64,000 bases of DNA from Parasitella parasitica NRRL 2501 (taxonomy: Eukaryota; Fungi; Mucoromycota). Location of the stretch: positions 240,861 through 304,860 of the forward strand of contig MU619244.1 of the NCBI GenBank assembly GCA_025201805.1. The letters are read 5' to 3'. The translations under genes and the position numbers were made by a program. How positions within the stretch are numbered: the first letter of the stretch is position 1; each line of letters begins with the position of its first letter. Positions 1-11,776 of this stretch are shown in pieces. The notes under the pieces are model-generated. The model saw nothing but the letters and a program-made list of their open reading frames with translations, was not told the origin of the DNA and ran no database searches.

Positions 1-58
1 TGTATGCATATGAGAAACAGTAATGTATACAAATGATTTAGTTGCATGCGACACATAC

Positions 59-1310
59 CATCTGCTAGCAGCTTTAATACGGGTTTATCCAATGTGTCAA
101 GGCCTCTTTTCTGTCGAATATTACCGATACGCCGGGCTATGTAGTGGAGCACCATTACCTTGGCAACGCTGAGGATATGCTTCACTTGGTCATTGTGCTG
201 CACAGCATGTCGCGACATCAAATCACAGACAATGCCTTGATAAAGGATGCCAACGTTCGAACAGTCCATTTGGTCTTCCAGTATATGCAGCAGCAGATAT
301 TCCAAAAAATCGAGCGAGTAGGTTATGCCGTCAATACATGATAACAGGGCGGGATACTGACAGCAAAAGAAGTCGAAATGACGGGCGATAATCTTTGTAG
401 CACGGGACTGGACAGATGTAAGCGTAGCATGCAAAGGCTTACTCCAGGAAAGCAGCGGATCGTTTGTGGACAGTGTGTTTGATGCAGTGAAGCAAGCATA
501 CAGTGATTCAATTGCGTTTGATTTATTCACACGATGGAGCACCTTTTGCGATAATGCCTGACTTACATCTTGTGGAAGCTGTGTCAAGAGTCGCGCCATG
601 TGACGACTGCTCCAGTAGGTTGAGAGCGTCTTTTCTGGATCACTCGCCAAGATAGTAATGACCTTCTGTGTCATGACGGCCATCCTTTCGTCCTTCAAAT
701 CAAGCGAACGGCTTCTGCAGAATGTAAGCAATTCAGGCACAGTAGCGATGCATGATGTACAATAGCAGATGCAATTGTGAACTGATTCAATCAGTAGCTC
801 TGCTATTCGCATGCACAGTTTATCCATTCCCAAATAGTCTGCAGCATTGTACATGTCGCACAGTTCCTTGAGCACATTGGGTTTTTTGATTCTATGCGTG
901 TACATGAAATTAATAATGCCGGATAGCGCTGCTGGGTCAATGATGCTAGATGGCAGGAAAACAACGCTTGCTTTCGATTCGATAAAATTGTCTCCAAACA
1001 GCGATGCGAAATAAGGCGATTCTCTGTAGAGGACATGCGTATGACATGGCCATCGCGTTTGCTGGCTTTTACAAGGAAAGTGCTCGCCACTCTCTTGCTC
1101 GTCCTCTTCCTCTGTGCTATTCTCCTCTGCGTCCATTGACTTTGATGAACTAGGATTGTCAAATCGACGTCTTCTTCTCGCTATCTTTAGATTCATTGGC
1201 AGTTTTGACTGTGATAATCTTCGTTTGGCGGAGAGTTTTTGTGATCCCAATGCAACAGTTACATTTGCTGGCCCATACTGATGTTCATCTATTCTGAGCT
1301 CTTGTTGCAT
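59..1310 (-). CDS. BTB/POZ-domain protein, first exon (gene runs off the left window edge)
   Basis: Open frame from ATG 1310 (MQQELRIDEHQYGPANVTVAL) with no stop before the edge, so it is absent from the ORF track. BTB-like segment WPCHTHVLYRESPYFASLFGDNFIESK...IINFMYT...AADYLGMDKLC. GTATGT donor at 58. Confidence 0.8.
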
Positions 1311-2374
1311 TTGGAAAGAAACGAACAGTGGAGATTTTTTTTTAGGAAAGATATTTTAATTTTTCTTGCAAAAAAAACAAAAGAAAAAAGAAGAAAAGAG
1401 AGAAGAGAGAAGAGGGGGGGGGGGACCAGAAGCGAGGAGAGGAACGATCTCCATTTATATGTTACATTGCTACATCAAATCTGGGAATTCTGCTTTAGCG
1501 ATAAATGAGCATTTGATTTTTTAAGCTATCTTTGGATCATCATCCCATCGACTCTTACTTTTACTGGGTTGATCCTTTGTTTTGGTACACTCGTTCTCAA
1601 GTTGCACAGGACTTGATTCACATACACACACCTCTTCAGCACGTTATCAAATGTTCTTTTTGCCTATAAATACCTTTGTGGTCAAAAAGGAGAGACAAGT
1701 GATATTAATCTCATTTAATAGTGTTCATGTAGGGCCTGATGTGCATTTCATCAGGAAGAATCCATGCCGTCTTACGAAACCTGTCTCTTTCATGTAAACA
1801 TGTACATAATCACAAGGTGTGTACTACTCTGGTATTTGTAGCTATAAATAATGCATCGAGGCACTACAAGGCGTTTTCCGGCTTTCTAGGATATCAAATG
1901 CTCAGACGTCCTGGTAATACATGAGAAATTAAATATGCTTTTACATCTGCTGCTGCTGATTCTCCCTTGTTCAAAATGCGCTTCTCCCCTTTTTGTATGT
2001 CCGCACATACATTGGCATAAATTATGGCTAAACTTGGTAAATTTAGCATTGTTTGGCGCTAGAGTAGACACGGTATATGATTCATTTCCGTATAGTTGAA
2101 ATGATGCCATTTTGAAATGTGCATACACATTTTAGTATTAATTCTCCATAATCAACCAATAGAGATAAAAATAGTAAGACAAACTGCTTGTTTGTTTGTC
2201 ATTTTGAATCGATTGTTTATTGTAATTTGTATATCTAATTGGGCATCCTTTCTTATTCATGCAATATTAGCCAAATTCTAGCGAATACAGTTATTTCAGA
2301 AAGTGAAGTCGCTGATTTTGAGTTTGATGTCGTGCGTGTTCATCATGAACTTTGTTTACTTTTACTTGTCGCTT

Positions 2375-2981
2375 AGTACAACAAATTGTGTCTTTCTGGA
2401 TGAGTCAGCTTTTCACATTAATTTGAAACGAGGCATGTCCTGGTCAAAGAAGAGAACTCCCGCAATTGTTACAGCACCTACAACTAAAGCGAATGCAGCA
2501 TCGATTTTAGGTGCCATATCTGCCACTGGCCTAATTAATGTTAGTTTGAGAGTTGCAAAACGTATTTAGAAAGAGAAAGCTTGGTGATAGAGCATTACCA
2601 GAGCTTTTTAAAGGCAGCTCTGGATGAAATGGAAATGAAAGGGCATAATCTTGTTATGGATAATGCTCCAATCCATAGCTCAATTGATATAGGAATGTAT
2701 ATTCATACTTGAGAATATCGCTGCATTTATCTTCCTCTATATTCTCTTGAACGAAATCCAATTGAGCAGTTCTGGCCATTTATCAAGAGTAAAGTTAAGC
2801 GGAATAAGTTTCTGGGAAAAGGAATCGCTAATGACAAGAATCAGTAAGGCATGCGATAGTTTATATATGAGTGACTTCAAAGGTTTCGTACTGTATCTCA
2901 TTCTGCTAAATGTTTCGCTAAATGACTCAATAAAGAGAAGTTATAAGGTTGAAACAAGCGTAAAATGGCCACCTAACCCTG
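2375..2981 (+). mobile_element. Tc1/mariner-IS630 (DDE_3) transposase remnant
   Basis: Motifs CVFLDESAF, ILGAIS, LVMDNAPIH and YLPLYS..NPIEQFW, interrupted by stops and frameshifts. The 5' half is missing. The right end (...CCTAACCCTG, 2981) is approximate. Confidence 0.85.
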
Positions 2982-3044
2982 CTTATTTTATTTTTTTGAT
3001 CTGTGGATATGGTGACTACAGTGATGTCGCAGCAGCTGCAATAA

Positions 3045-3946
3045 CTATCGCGATCGTTTTACACATCCTCTCCGACATTGAAATTTTTTGAGGATCTTGA
3101 TGTTTTTGAGCAAGTCATGACGAGAATATGCTTAAACCTTATGACCAATATCTACTACCACTTCTCGTATGGACTTATTCAAATATATGAATAACTTGAT
3201 GTCGTCAGGATTAGTCGACAATCCGGCATAGTCAATTACCACAAGGCGAACTTGTCGAGCGGATTTTGTGATCTTGGTGATCAAGTCTTGTATATTACCA
3301 GAGCAATCGTCGAAAGTATATGGTGGAGTTGTTGCATCCCGTTTGGCAATTGAGTCGTTGGCAGAAGTGTTGAAAGACACAAATACATCTTCACATAAGA
3401 GCTTCGTTTTCATCTTGTAGATTTGGAGATTTACTAGCTTCTTTTTGGTTGTGTAAGGTTCATGGGTATTTGATTTTCGTACGTAACCAACAGTACATTT
3501 GGTGGCCATTGAGAATTTGACCAGTGATCTATATATCTGAATATTTGAAAGATCATCCCAAGTAAATTCTAATCAAAATATGAAGGATATCTTTAATAAA
3601 AAAATAAAAATAAAACTTTCCTGGTATTACCTCTGTAAACTCTTTTGACGACATTAAGCAATCGGCCACGTTTTCTTTTTTTATTAGATTGCTTTCGACT
3701 AGTCGTAGCCCAACAGCCATCTTTTGACATCCATGCGGAAAATTTATCTGCTGTGACAGTATCATCTGGAATATAAACTGTAACGAGGTCAAGGACTTCA
3801 GTTTCCGAAAGAAAATTGTACCTTTCCGTTATGCCCGGGATGGGTGTGGAAGGGCATAATCTTAGCCGCAAGATCAAGAATTGCTGATCGTGATGGTGGT
3901 ATGGGAACAATAAAGGATTCGCTACTATTGCTAACGTCGAAACTAT
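3045..3946 (-). pseudogene. Two-exon serine-recombinase (resolvase)-like gene, probably mobile-element-derived and inactivated
   Basis: GT-AG intron 3630-3569 joins KRVYR-E-FTWDDLSNIQIYRSLVK in frame to TVGYVRKS...CEDVFVS...KRD...VRLVVIDYAGLSTN. A premature TAA at 3134-3132 is followed by 28 more in-frame codons (AYSRHDLL...FQCRRGCVKRSR) to TAG at 3045. The probable start has decayed to ATA at 3946 (AAAAC-ATA). Confidence 0.65.
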
Positions 3947-4341
3947 GTTTTATAAAGAATGAAGAGAAAGGGAGAAAAAGGTGCAGGGAAATTAATCAAT
4001 AACATGATAATGGGATATAATATTGATAGATTGAATAATGGTAGATAAATCAGTATATTGCCAAGCCATTGAAAGTATGTCGCTGTTGGTCAAAGATTTG
4101 CACTCATAGACTTCTTCATTCATTGGATTAGTGGGCAAGTATGTTATATTGAGAAATTGAATAACCTGAGCATGATTGACTACCATAAAATAAGAGAAAA
4201 AAGATTAATCATCGTTGAGAATTGCAAGCTTTTATCCATCATTACTTTAAATTCCTCATGTTGATTATCAGGATCCCCTTATTTTCTATCGTTGGATAAG
4301 TGTTTGAAAAGGACTAGACTGTGAAGACTTTGTCTTCATCG

Positions 4342-6675
4342 TTAAACCATAAACCATAAGGCATCTATTCCAAATAAAAAAAATCTTGCTTCTTCATTTT
4401 TTTGTAATTTTTTATCACGTTTAGTTCCACAGACGGTTTTGTCTACGAAAGAAACTAGGATGGTTATTTCTAATGCTTTCAATGCTTCAATCTGATCAAG
4501 TACACTTTGGATTGCTGAATTCAAAGGTTCCAACTCTGCTGCGTCAACTCCAGGTATCATTTTGAATTTTTCTACATCACGCTTTCTATGATGTAAGGCA
4601 GTAATTCGTGACAAAGCCATGTCAATAGCAGCAGAATTGCTTAAAACACTTGTGGCCTCTTCTTCTGAATTATCTTCTACGTTAATTTCTAATTAAGTTT
4701 TAGTCTACAAGTATTTTGTAAAATGCAACTTCTAAAACTACTTACTGTCGTTCTCCTCTTCAGAAACGTATAGAGTATGTTGCTCAAGTTCCAGTCCATT
4801 GCTAATGTCCACTTCAATCTTCAAAGGCATAGAGGTATATCTCTTAAGTAGACACATATGTTTGCAAGCAATTTGTGTTTTTTTTGAAATCTGGACAAAG
4901 ACATGTGCAGATAATGTTATTAATCACGCGTACTTGATATGTAATTTGAGGCTTATTAGGATCAAATGGTTGAATTTTTCATGCACCATTATTATTATCG
5001 TCAGTATTTGTGATAGAGCCTTGAGGGTTTCTAATCATTGAAATAAGGCTTTCATTTGATATTTGCGATGCCACGTAAGATTTTCTTGCTATATTCTTTT
5101 GTAATGGGCCTATGCGTCCAGTATTTGCTAGTATTCTATTAGACTCTTCCGTGAAGTAACATTCAACATCGTTTGTTAGGACAAAGACCAATCTGTCTAA
5201 TCTGTTAATTCTTAATCGCTCAAAGTAAACGACTTTTAGTTGATTATGCCAACTTTCGATGTAATTGTTGGTTACAAATGACTTGCGGATTTCTTTGACG
5301 ACCATCTCTTGACTACTTCTTCATTGTTAAACCAGTATCGAGTAAAATAATTAAAGACTTCAGTATGTTCTTCGATCTTTAGCTTGAATCTTTCTATTTT
5401 TCTAAATAATGAATTTTTCCTCGTTTCAGCAAGAATTAAGTGCGAGTCGTCCAAAAGATCCTGCTTGTACTATGTTGCTTCAGTGTTTGACATGCTCGTA
5501 GGTAAAGACAGTTTTGCACCCAAGTTATCTTTCCATGATCGCCAGACATGGAAGGCACAATAATGGATAACAACTTGCTTTCTAAAAGCTGCTTTAATGG
5601 CATTAAATTCAGCCAAGCTACAGTCAATCGTAATTGCAGTAGGTGCAGAATTACAATTATGTCGCAGATAAACAAGCCATTGATTTATAGGACCTACACT
5701 TTGATCATTAGTGACCATATATGCAACAGAATAGCCCTTTCCAGTCAATAAATCTTTAACTAAAAGGGTATATAAAACCTCCATGCTTCTAGAAGAAATG
5801 CCATGGGTAGCGTCTAGACAAAATGATTGATGCTGTTCCATTTTTCTTGATTGGAATTTGAGATTGGAAACCATAAGCAAACAAGCTTGTGTCTTGTAAA
5901 TATAATTGTGGGTTGCCAGCAAAAATTTTATATCCCTGAGAAGCTAATTTATCATTCAACCAAAATAAAAACGATTCAATATCATTCTCTCGATATCTGT
6001 ACAAGTAATCTTTCATTTAATTATAAAGTTTAATTTTTTCATTATTGTTCAATAGCACGAATTGTATATCAATACCTTCTTCATTAAATTGTAAACATCA
6101 TCATAAATAGGACGTCGAGATCCTTTGTTTTCTTCTTTCAATGTATCCAAAGTTTTTAGGGTTGCAATTCTTATACTTCTGCATTTGTTTCCTAAAGCCA
6201 AATGGTACTTGATAGTGTCAAGAGCCGTGCTGTTAATTGGCAACGTGCCTAGTTCATTTAAATCACCAGGAGTGTGATTTGTGTGATTTTTCAAAAGTTT
6301 GAACTCTACAACATCTGATCCTAAATGACTTGGCACATATGCATGATAGCTAGCAATACTCTACTGGGCTGCACACCCACAGCGCTTACTATCCTTTTGA
6401 CCAATACGTACAGATCGCTTGGATTCGTATGCTCCACTTCGATGGCATTGTCTTGTTTCTCCAAATACGACTTTGTCACTACTCTTCCATTTTCTTTGTT
6501 TTGTCCACTTGGTACCGCAGTATTCGTTTATCTTTAATAGACATGTTTCCCATACTGAGGCCTTGACATAAATTACTACATCCAATGGTAGTTTCCTTGA
6601 TTGATTCGATGGGATTATGCTCAACGCACTTTTGATATTAGCTACACTATATACGATAGGTGGAGTTTCAGACAT
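4342..6675 (-). mobile_element. MULE/Mutator transposase with SWIM zinc finger, pseudogenised
   Basis: N-terminal CHRSG..SKRCGC..HTNH finger, then FCLDATHG, ITIDCSLAE..AI, HYCAFHV, TNNYIESWHNQLK, RLDRLV and a SWIM-like C.CPDF...ACKHM near 4850-4910. Split by stops and frameshifts; no TIRs found. Confidence 0.85.
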
Positions 6676-7349
6676 GATTAGAGTTATTATCTTCTATTAT
6701 TCTAGATCGTCAAATGTTTATGAATGACACTTAAAAGCCACTAGAAGCCACGCTCTCTTTAAACATTTTTCCAAAAATCAGTTTCAAGCCGAGGGGATAT
6801 CTATTTTTGAAATAATACAAACGGATTAAGCTCTTAATGATAGATATATCGTGCCCATTGCTTACATTTTAAAGGATTGAATTAAAAAAAAAATGCATTT
6901 TCCATTGAGAAAATGGGATCTATTTGTGATTCACGACCTTGCGCCCCTTATCCTTGGAAAAAATGATATTGGTATGTTGGGGTCAAAAATCGGACATCTT
7001 TATTTCCAGTAAAATGTGCATTAATGCACTGAAAAGGCATGTTTTCACTTGGAGAGAAGCTTATAGCTCTATTATTTCTAGAGACATCCATATTTGAAAG
7101 TGCCTAGAATCAGCAATTTTCTACATTTGAGCCATGCATAGCTTTGATTCATTGCTTTACCATTATGCATAATGACTGCAAGCATATAACTGCAATTTAC
7201 TGTCTTACGATTTGTTATTTTCATCAGATTTTTGATGTAATACGAATCAGATGCACAAATAACTGCCGCGGTAAAAGAGACTTTTTTCTTTTATTTTAGC
7301 AAATACAAAAATATATGTAGCTTGCTTCCTTTTGTAATTCTACTTGATT

Positions 7350-8138
7350 ATGCCAAATACTGTTCTGCCAGCCTGGAAAAAATTGCTAAAATTATCATTG
7401 CAAGAAAACATTGCAAAATCAGGCACCTCTGCAACTTATGCCTCCATAGCTACAGTTAAAAAAGACAACACACCAGCTGTGAGAACTGTTGTTATGAGAG
7501 GATTTGTAGCCGAGCATCATACCGATGAAACAGGCTGGGCAAGCGACCTACTGCTGGTCATTACCGACAAGACATCTGACAAGGTTGAAGAAATTAGAAA
7601 TAACCCCCACACTGAAATAAATTGGTAATTTTACGCATCTAATAACAACGATTACTCACATAATCAATTTAATCATTATATATATATAAAAAAAAGGTAC
7701 ATGAATGGCACGATGGAGCAATTTCGCATTGGTGGCACTGTTGATATTATAGAACGAAATTTTGATCAAAGTAAATTAGACCATTTGAATTCAAGTATAT
7801 CTCCAAGTTTGTCAGTTAATGATGCGAACAACCAAAAAAGCTTAGCTTTGCAATCGTTTTGTAAACAACAGCAACAGCAACAGCAAATGCTTAGTTGGCA
7901 AGCAGAGAGATTACGTCAGTTTATTCAATTTGGATCAACCATGAGAGCAAACATGGTCCACAGTAAACAAGTTAAACAGCTTGACATTAATGAAATAGAT
8001 CCTGTCAGCGGTTGGTTTCAGAATGACCAAATCCAAGGTCTCTTGGAAGAAGCCTATGATAATTTTGTGCTACTAGTAGTTAAAGTTACTTCTGTACGTC
8101 ATTGGTCTCCATCAACAGGAACCAAATCCATGCTGTAG
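7350..8138 (+). CDS. Pyridoxamine 5'-phosphate oxidase-like FMN-binding split-barrel protein
   Basis: ASIATV..TPAVRTVVMRGF, TDKTSDKVEEI..NP, W-Y...EQFRIGG and NFVLLVV motifs. Intron 7625-7696. Confidence 0.8.
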
Positions 8139-8268
8139 AATTTTGGTCACACGTTTTACAATAAAAGAGCTGTGCTTTTCCAATATTTTGTTGTATATAT
8201 ATTTACCTACTATGTCTTAATTAGATGGGAAAAACGACTCTTTTTCTTTTTTTTCTTTCTTACTGAAC

Positions 8269-10141
8269 ATGTCCACCATCGCTCAAACCATCCTTGCTAG
8301 TCGGGATGATTTAAAAGCTCAATCTTTATCACCTCCTCATTTCAACAATCATCGTTCGCTAGACTCATTGTCTCCCGCCCCAAACAGCAGACCAAAATTA
8401 CATGCGATCCATAGCTCAGACACATCTCGATTTCCAACGCTGGAAAGATTAGAAAATACAATGATTCTGCCTAAAAATTCAAAGATCACGGTCGAACCTG
8501 TTATGTTTGCAGGAGACGGCAACAATACCATGATTAAATCAAGCGGGTCGCAGGTTCGTTTTTTTCTATCGAAAGATTTCTGGCACAAACTAAAAAAAAT
8601 GTGTTTCATGTTTGCTACAGAGCGATCTAAAGAGTATTCATTCGACAACAAGCAACAACAAGAAAAAGAACCAATTCAGAAAGAAAAAGAACTGTCAATC
8701 AACACCAACAGAAATATTTGCTAAGAACTTGAGCGAAGCGGTTTTAGACGTCGATGGTTAGTACGTGACATGGCAAGACGAACAAGGCATAGTAGGCGCT
8801 AATCATTTCATCTTTAGATTCATTGGAGGACGGCTATGTCTACAACACAATTGGTGGTTTGTATCCATCGCTATCGCCGCCAATTATGATGGAATCAAAA
8901 GGCCCCAACAGCAACCGCCGTGCAGCTAACGATGAACACGATCATTATTTTTCGGATCACCGTAAGCAAAAGTTCAGACGACCAGGACTTCGGTCGACCG
9001 TATCCGAATTGCCTGCACGAGGCGTCAAATCAGTTTATCTTGATTCCATGTCGTCCAGATTTGAAAAGCGGAAATTTCGCAATTCTCATTTTCGATGTTC
9101 ATCATCATCTGGAGAAGACGAGGAAAATTCGCCACTATTGTACTATTCTTCCTCAGGTTCTAATACCGGACGCAAAAGAGCCTACCAAAGTAGAAGGTAG
9201 TTATAGCGTTTCTTTTGTATATGTGAATATTCACTCACCTTATAAAAAAAAAAAAAAACAAAAACAAAAACAAAAAGGCGAAGATCCAGGAATCCATTAG
9301 CAGCATCAATCTGTTGTGGTTGGTTATCCATCATCAGCTTACTTTGTACGCTCATATGCCTCACGTTTACATTTCTGGCTAGTCCATTGCAATCAGTGGA
9401 AGTCATCACTTTTGGAAATGTATTGGGAACCCAAAAGCAATTGATTTTTAATCTTCATGCAAGAGCACGGTAAGGAAAAAAAACACAACAGATCTACCCA
9501 CTGTAAAAATAATCATGCCAACAACTGCTGTTACACCAACATTTAAATATATATAGCAACTCAAATGCATGGAAGATTCAAATATCACACGCAGCTATTA
9601 GTGTGTTTGCGGCGAGCCATTTTGTTCCAACCTCAAACATCATGAACAAGACTAGTAGAAATACTAGACAAGGTAGATTTCTTTGGGTTGCCCCAGCGTA
9701 TATGTAAAAAGACCAATAATCGAGTTCTCCACTTAGAGTATCTTGGTACCGTCAATAAGCTAGATGATCCTCTGATTTTTGAAGCCTCTAGCTTATTTTA
9801 TTTCAAATCTAAATCAAGTGTTTCAACAAGCCAAATTCAGATTAAAAATCCAGGTGAAACGAAAGGAGATTCTAGAGGAAATGAACGGTGGTATGTGCTA
9901 TTTTATAAATGTTGTGATGCATGTATGTAAATACAAATTCACATACCAAACCTACAGGTCCTCGCTGATTAGATACCCCTATGAGCTCACATTGAGAGGT
10001 GTGCTACAATATCAACTATTCCCTTATATCAGCAGTAAATTTTATTCTGCAAGAGTGTGCAAAATAATGCAGATAGATCCTGCTACTGGTATTATCAAAG
10101 AGGTGCCAATACCTGAACAGTCTATTTGTGATGAAACTTAA
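8269..10141 (+). CDS. VAC7: Vac7-like vacuolar segregation protein / PI(3,5)P2 regulator (multi-exon)
   Basis: Low-complexity N-terminus and one TM segment (about 9310-9380). Luminal motifs NVLGTQKQLIFNL, LGTVNKLDDPLIFEAS, IKNPGE...GNERW..LIRYPYELTLRGVLQYQL match the Vac7 C-terminal family. Confidence 0.75.
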
Positions 10142-10885
10142 TTCCATGCTACATACAAATCAAATGCATTCCTATAATTCTTTACCCAATTAAGCACGTG
10201 AAAGAATACATTATTGTTTGCGTCGGCATATGCGGCTGTTGTGTATACTATTCGATTCCGTAAATTTATAAATCAACGATATAAAGCTTGTATTATGTTA
10301 TATTTGTTTAAAGACCTTAATAAGACTTGTTACGATTTATAAATCTAAATATATAAAATGATCTCTTTTAATATGGTTCTAATGTGTTTAGCTATTTACT
10401 TTTCCAAGCCATATGTTCATTTACAGATATCTTACTTTTTGGCATGATTTTGATTTTAGTATTGGACTTGACTATGACTCACTCCCAAGTGGAAAGTGAA
10501 TTGAATTTGTACAATGCCATATAAGGCCGTGGTGTTTGACAACTGTAACTTATCGATCAATTTATCTTGTCCACTTTCTTTTCTATTTTCTTTTCTATTT
10601 TCTTTTCTACCGCTTTACTTTTCTGCTGCTAAACTCAATCGTCTTGTCGATCTCATAATAGCTATGGAGCTAATACACGCGCGAACAAGCCATTTGCATG
10701 TTTTACCACCAGCCATACATCAAGCGAACAGCTGAAGCATTACTGAAAGCGATCGAGAACATACATACTGAAATCTGCTGCAAAGACGATCCTACGAAGC
10801 CGTTTTTGTTGTATAAAAATAGCGTATTTATGGACCTTGTATACATAAATGAATTGAGACAACTGATGTCATGCAGATTAAGAAA

Positions 10886-11306
10886 AAAGAAATTGATTAC
10901 AAGGGATCTTTCTTTGAGGTTTGTGCTCATTTGGTTTAACAGGCGAATGTATGCTCTATCGGCTTTTTCGAAGGTTGACATTTTTATATATTCAATTATT
11001 TCGTTTCCATTTTCTTTTCGGTTTCTGATGCTTTTTTTGGTGTGGAGGTAATGTTCCAATAACATCTTTAATCATAGAGCCTAAGAAATAGATTAATAAT
11101 GAAAGCGATAGCAATTTCTGTATATTGTATCTAACTGATGTATTGATTCTTGAGATTTTGCGTTTGAATTCATCTTGCTTTCTTTTAATTTTGGCTTTCA
11201 TTATTAGTTTGAACTTCCTCGCTGCACACCATTTACTAGAGCCTTGTGCGTTCATGCCGTTTAAAAGAATTGAATGCTTCCACACTATGCTAAGAATGCC
11301 ATTCAT
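10886..11306 (-). pseudogene. Second, diverged and truncated relic of the serine-recombinase-like family
   Basis: IIEYIKMSTFEKADRAYIRLLNQMSTNLKERSLVINFF aligns without gaps to TVGYVRKSNTHEPYTTKKKLVNLQIYKMKTKLLCEDVF of the 3045-3946 gene. It is also preceded by a K/R-rich segment. Confidence 0.45.
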
Positions 11307-11776
11307 ACTAAAACTTCTGCAAACATAAACCTCTTAATTCTCTGGATCTAACGGTAATAGTTAAATATTAATATGTCGATCAACTGTGCTGGGAAATCTA
11401 AAGAAAAACTATATTACTTATATTACTGAACATAAAAAATGTAACAGCTAATCAATTTCTTTTTTGTTAAATTTGCATGATTAGCGTATAAAAACAACAG
11501 GCTCACGATAAAAAGAAATTTAGGAACAGCGCTATAATGTTCATGAATAACTCTTTACTTCCTGGTAGTAGTAAGAAGATCAAGTTGTCAGTTGAAGCTC
11601 ATTTGGTGTCCCGGAGCAAACTGCTCATTGGGTGCCCAAGGACAATAAACTTTATGGTAAAATGTCTCACCGATAAACCGAGGCTTCTTCCCTTTTTCCC
11701 TTTTTTTTTAAGAATAGAACTTGGGCTGCTCTTTTATTATAAGCAACTCGCACAAGTGAATGAGCAAGCATTCTAC

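Noticed and set aside
2375-6800. TnpB/Fanzor partner for the serine-recombinase-like gene
   Set aside because: No RuvC motifs or CxxC...CxxC zinc ribbon were seen near either copy.
8127-8138. C-terminal SML as a peroxisomal PTS1
   Set aside because: Non-canonical tripeptide; insufficient evidence on its own.
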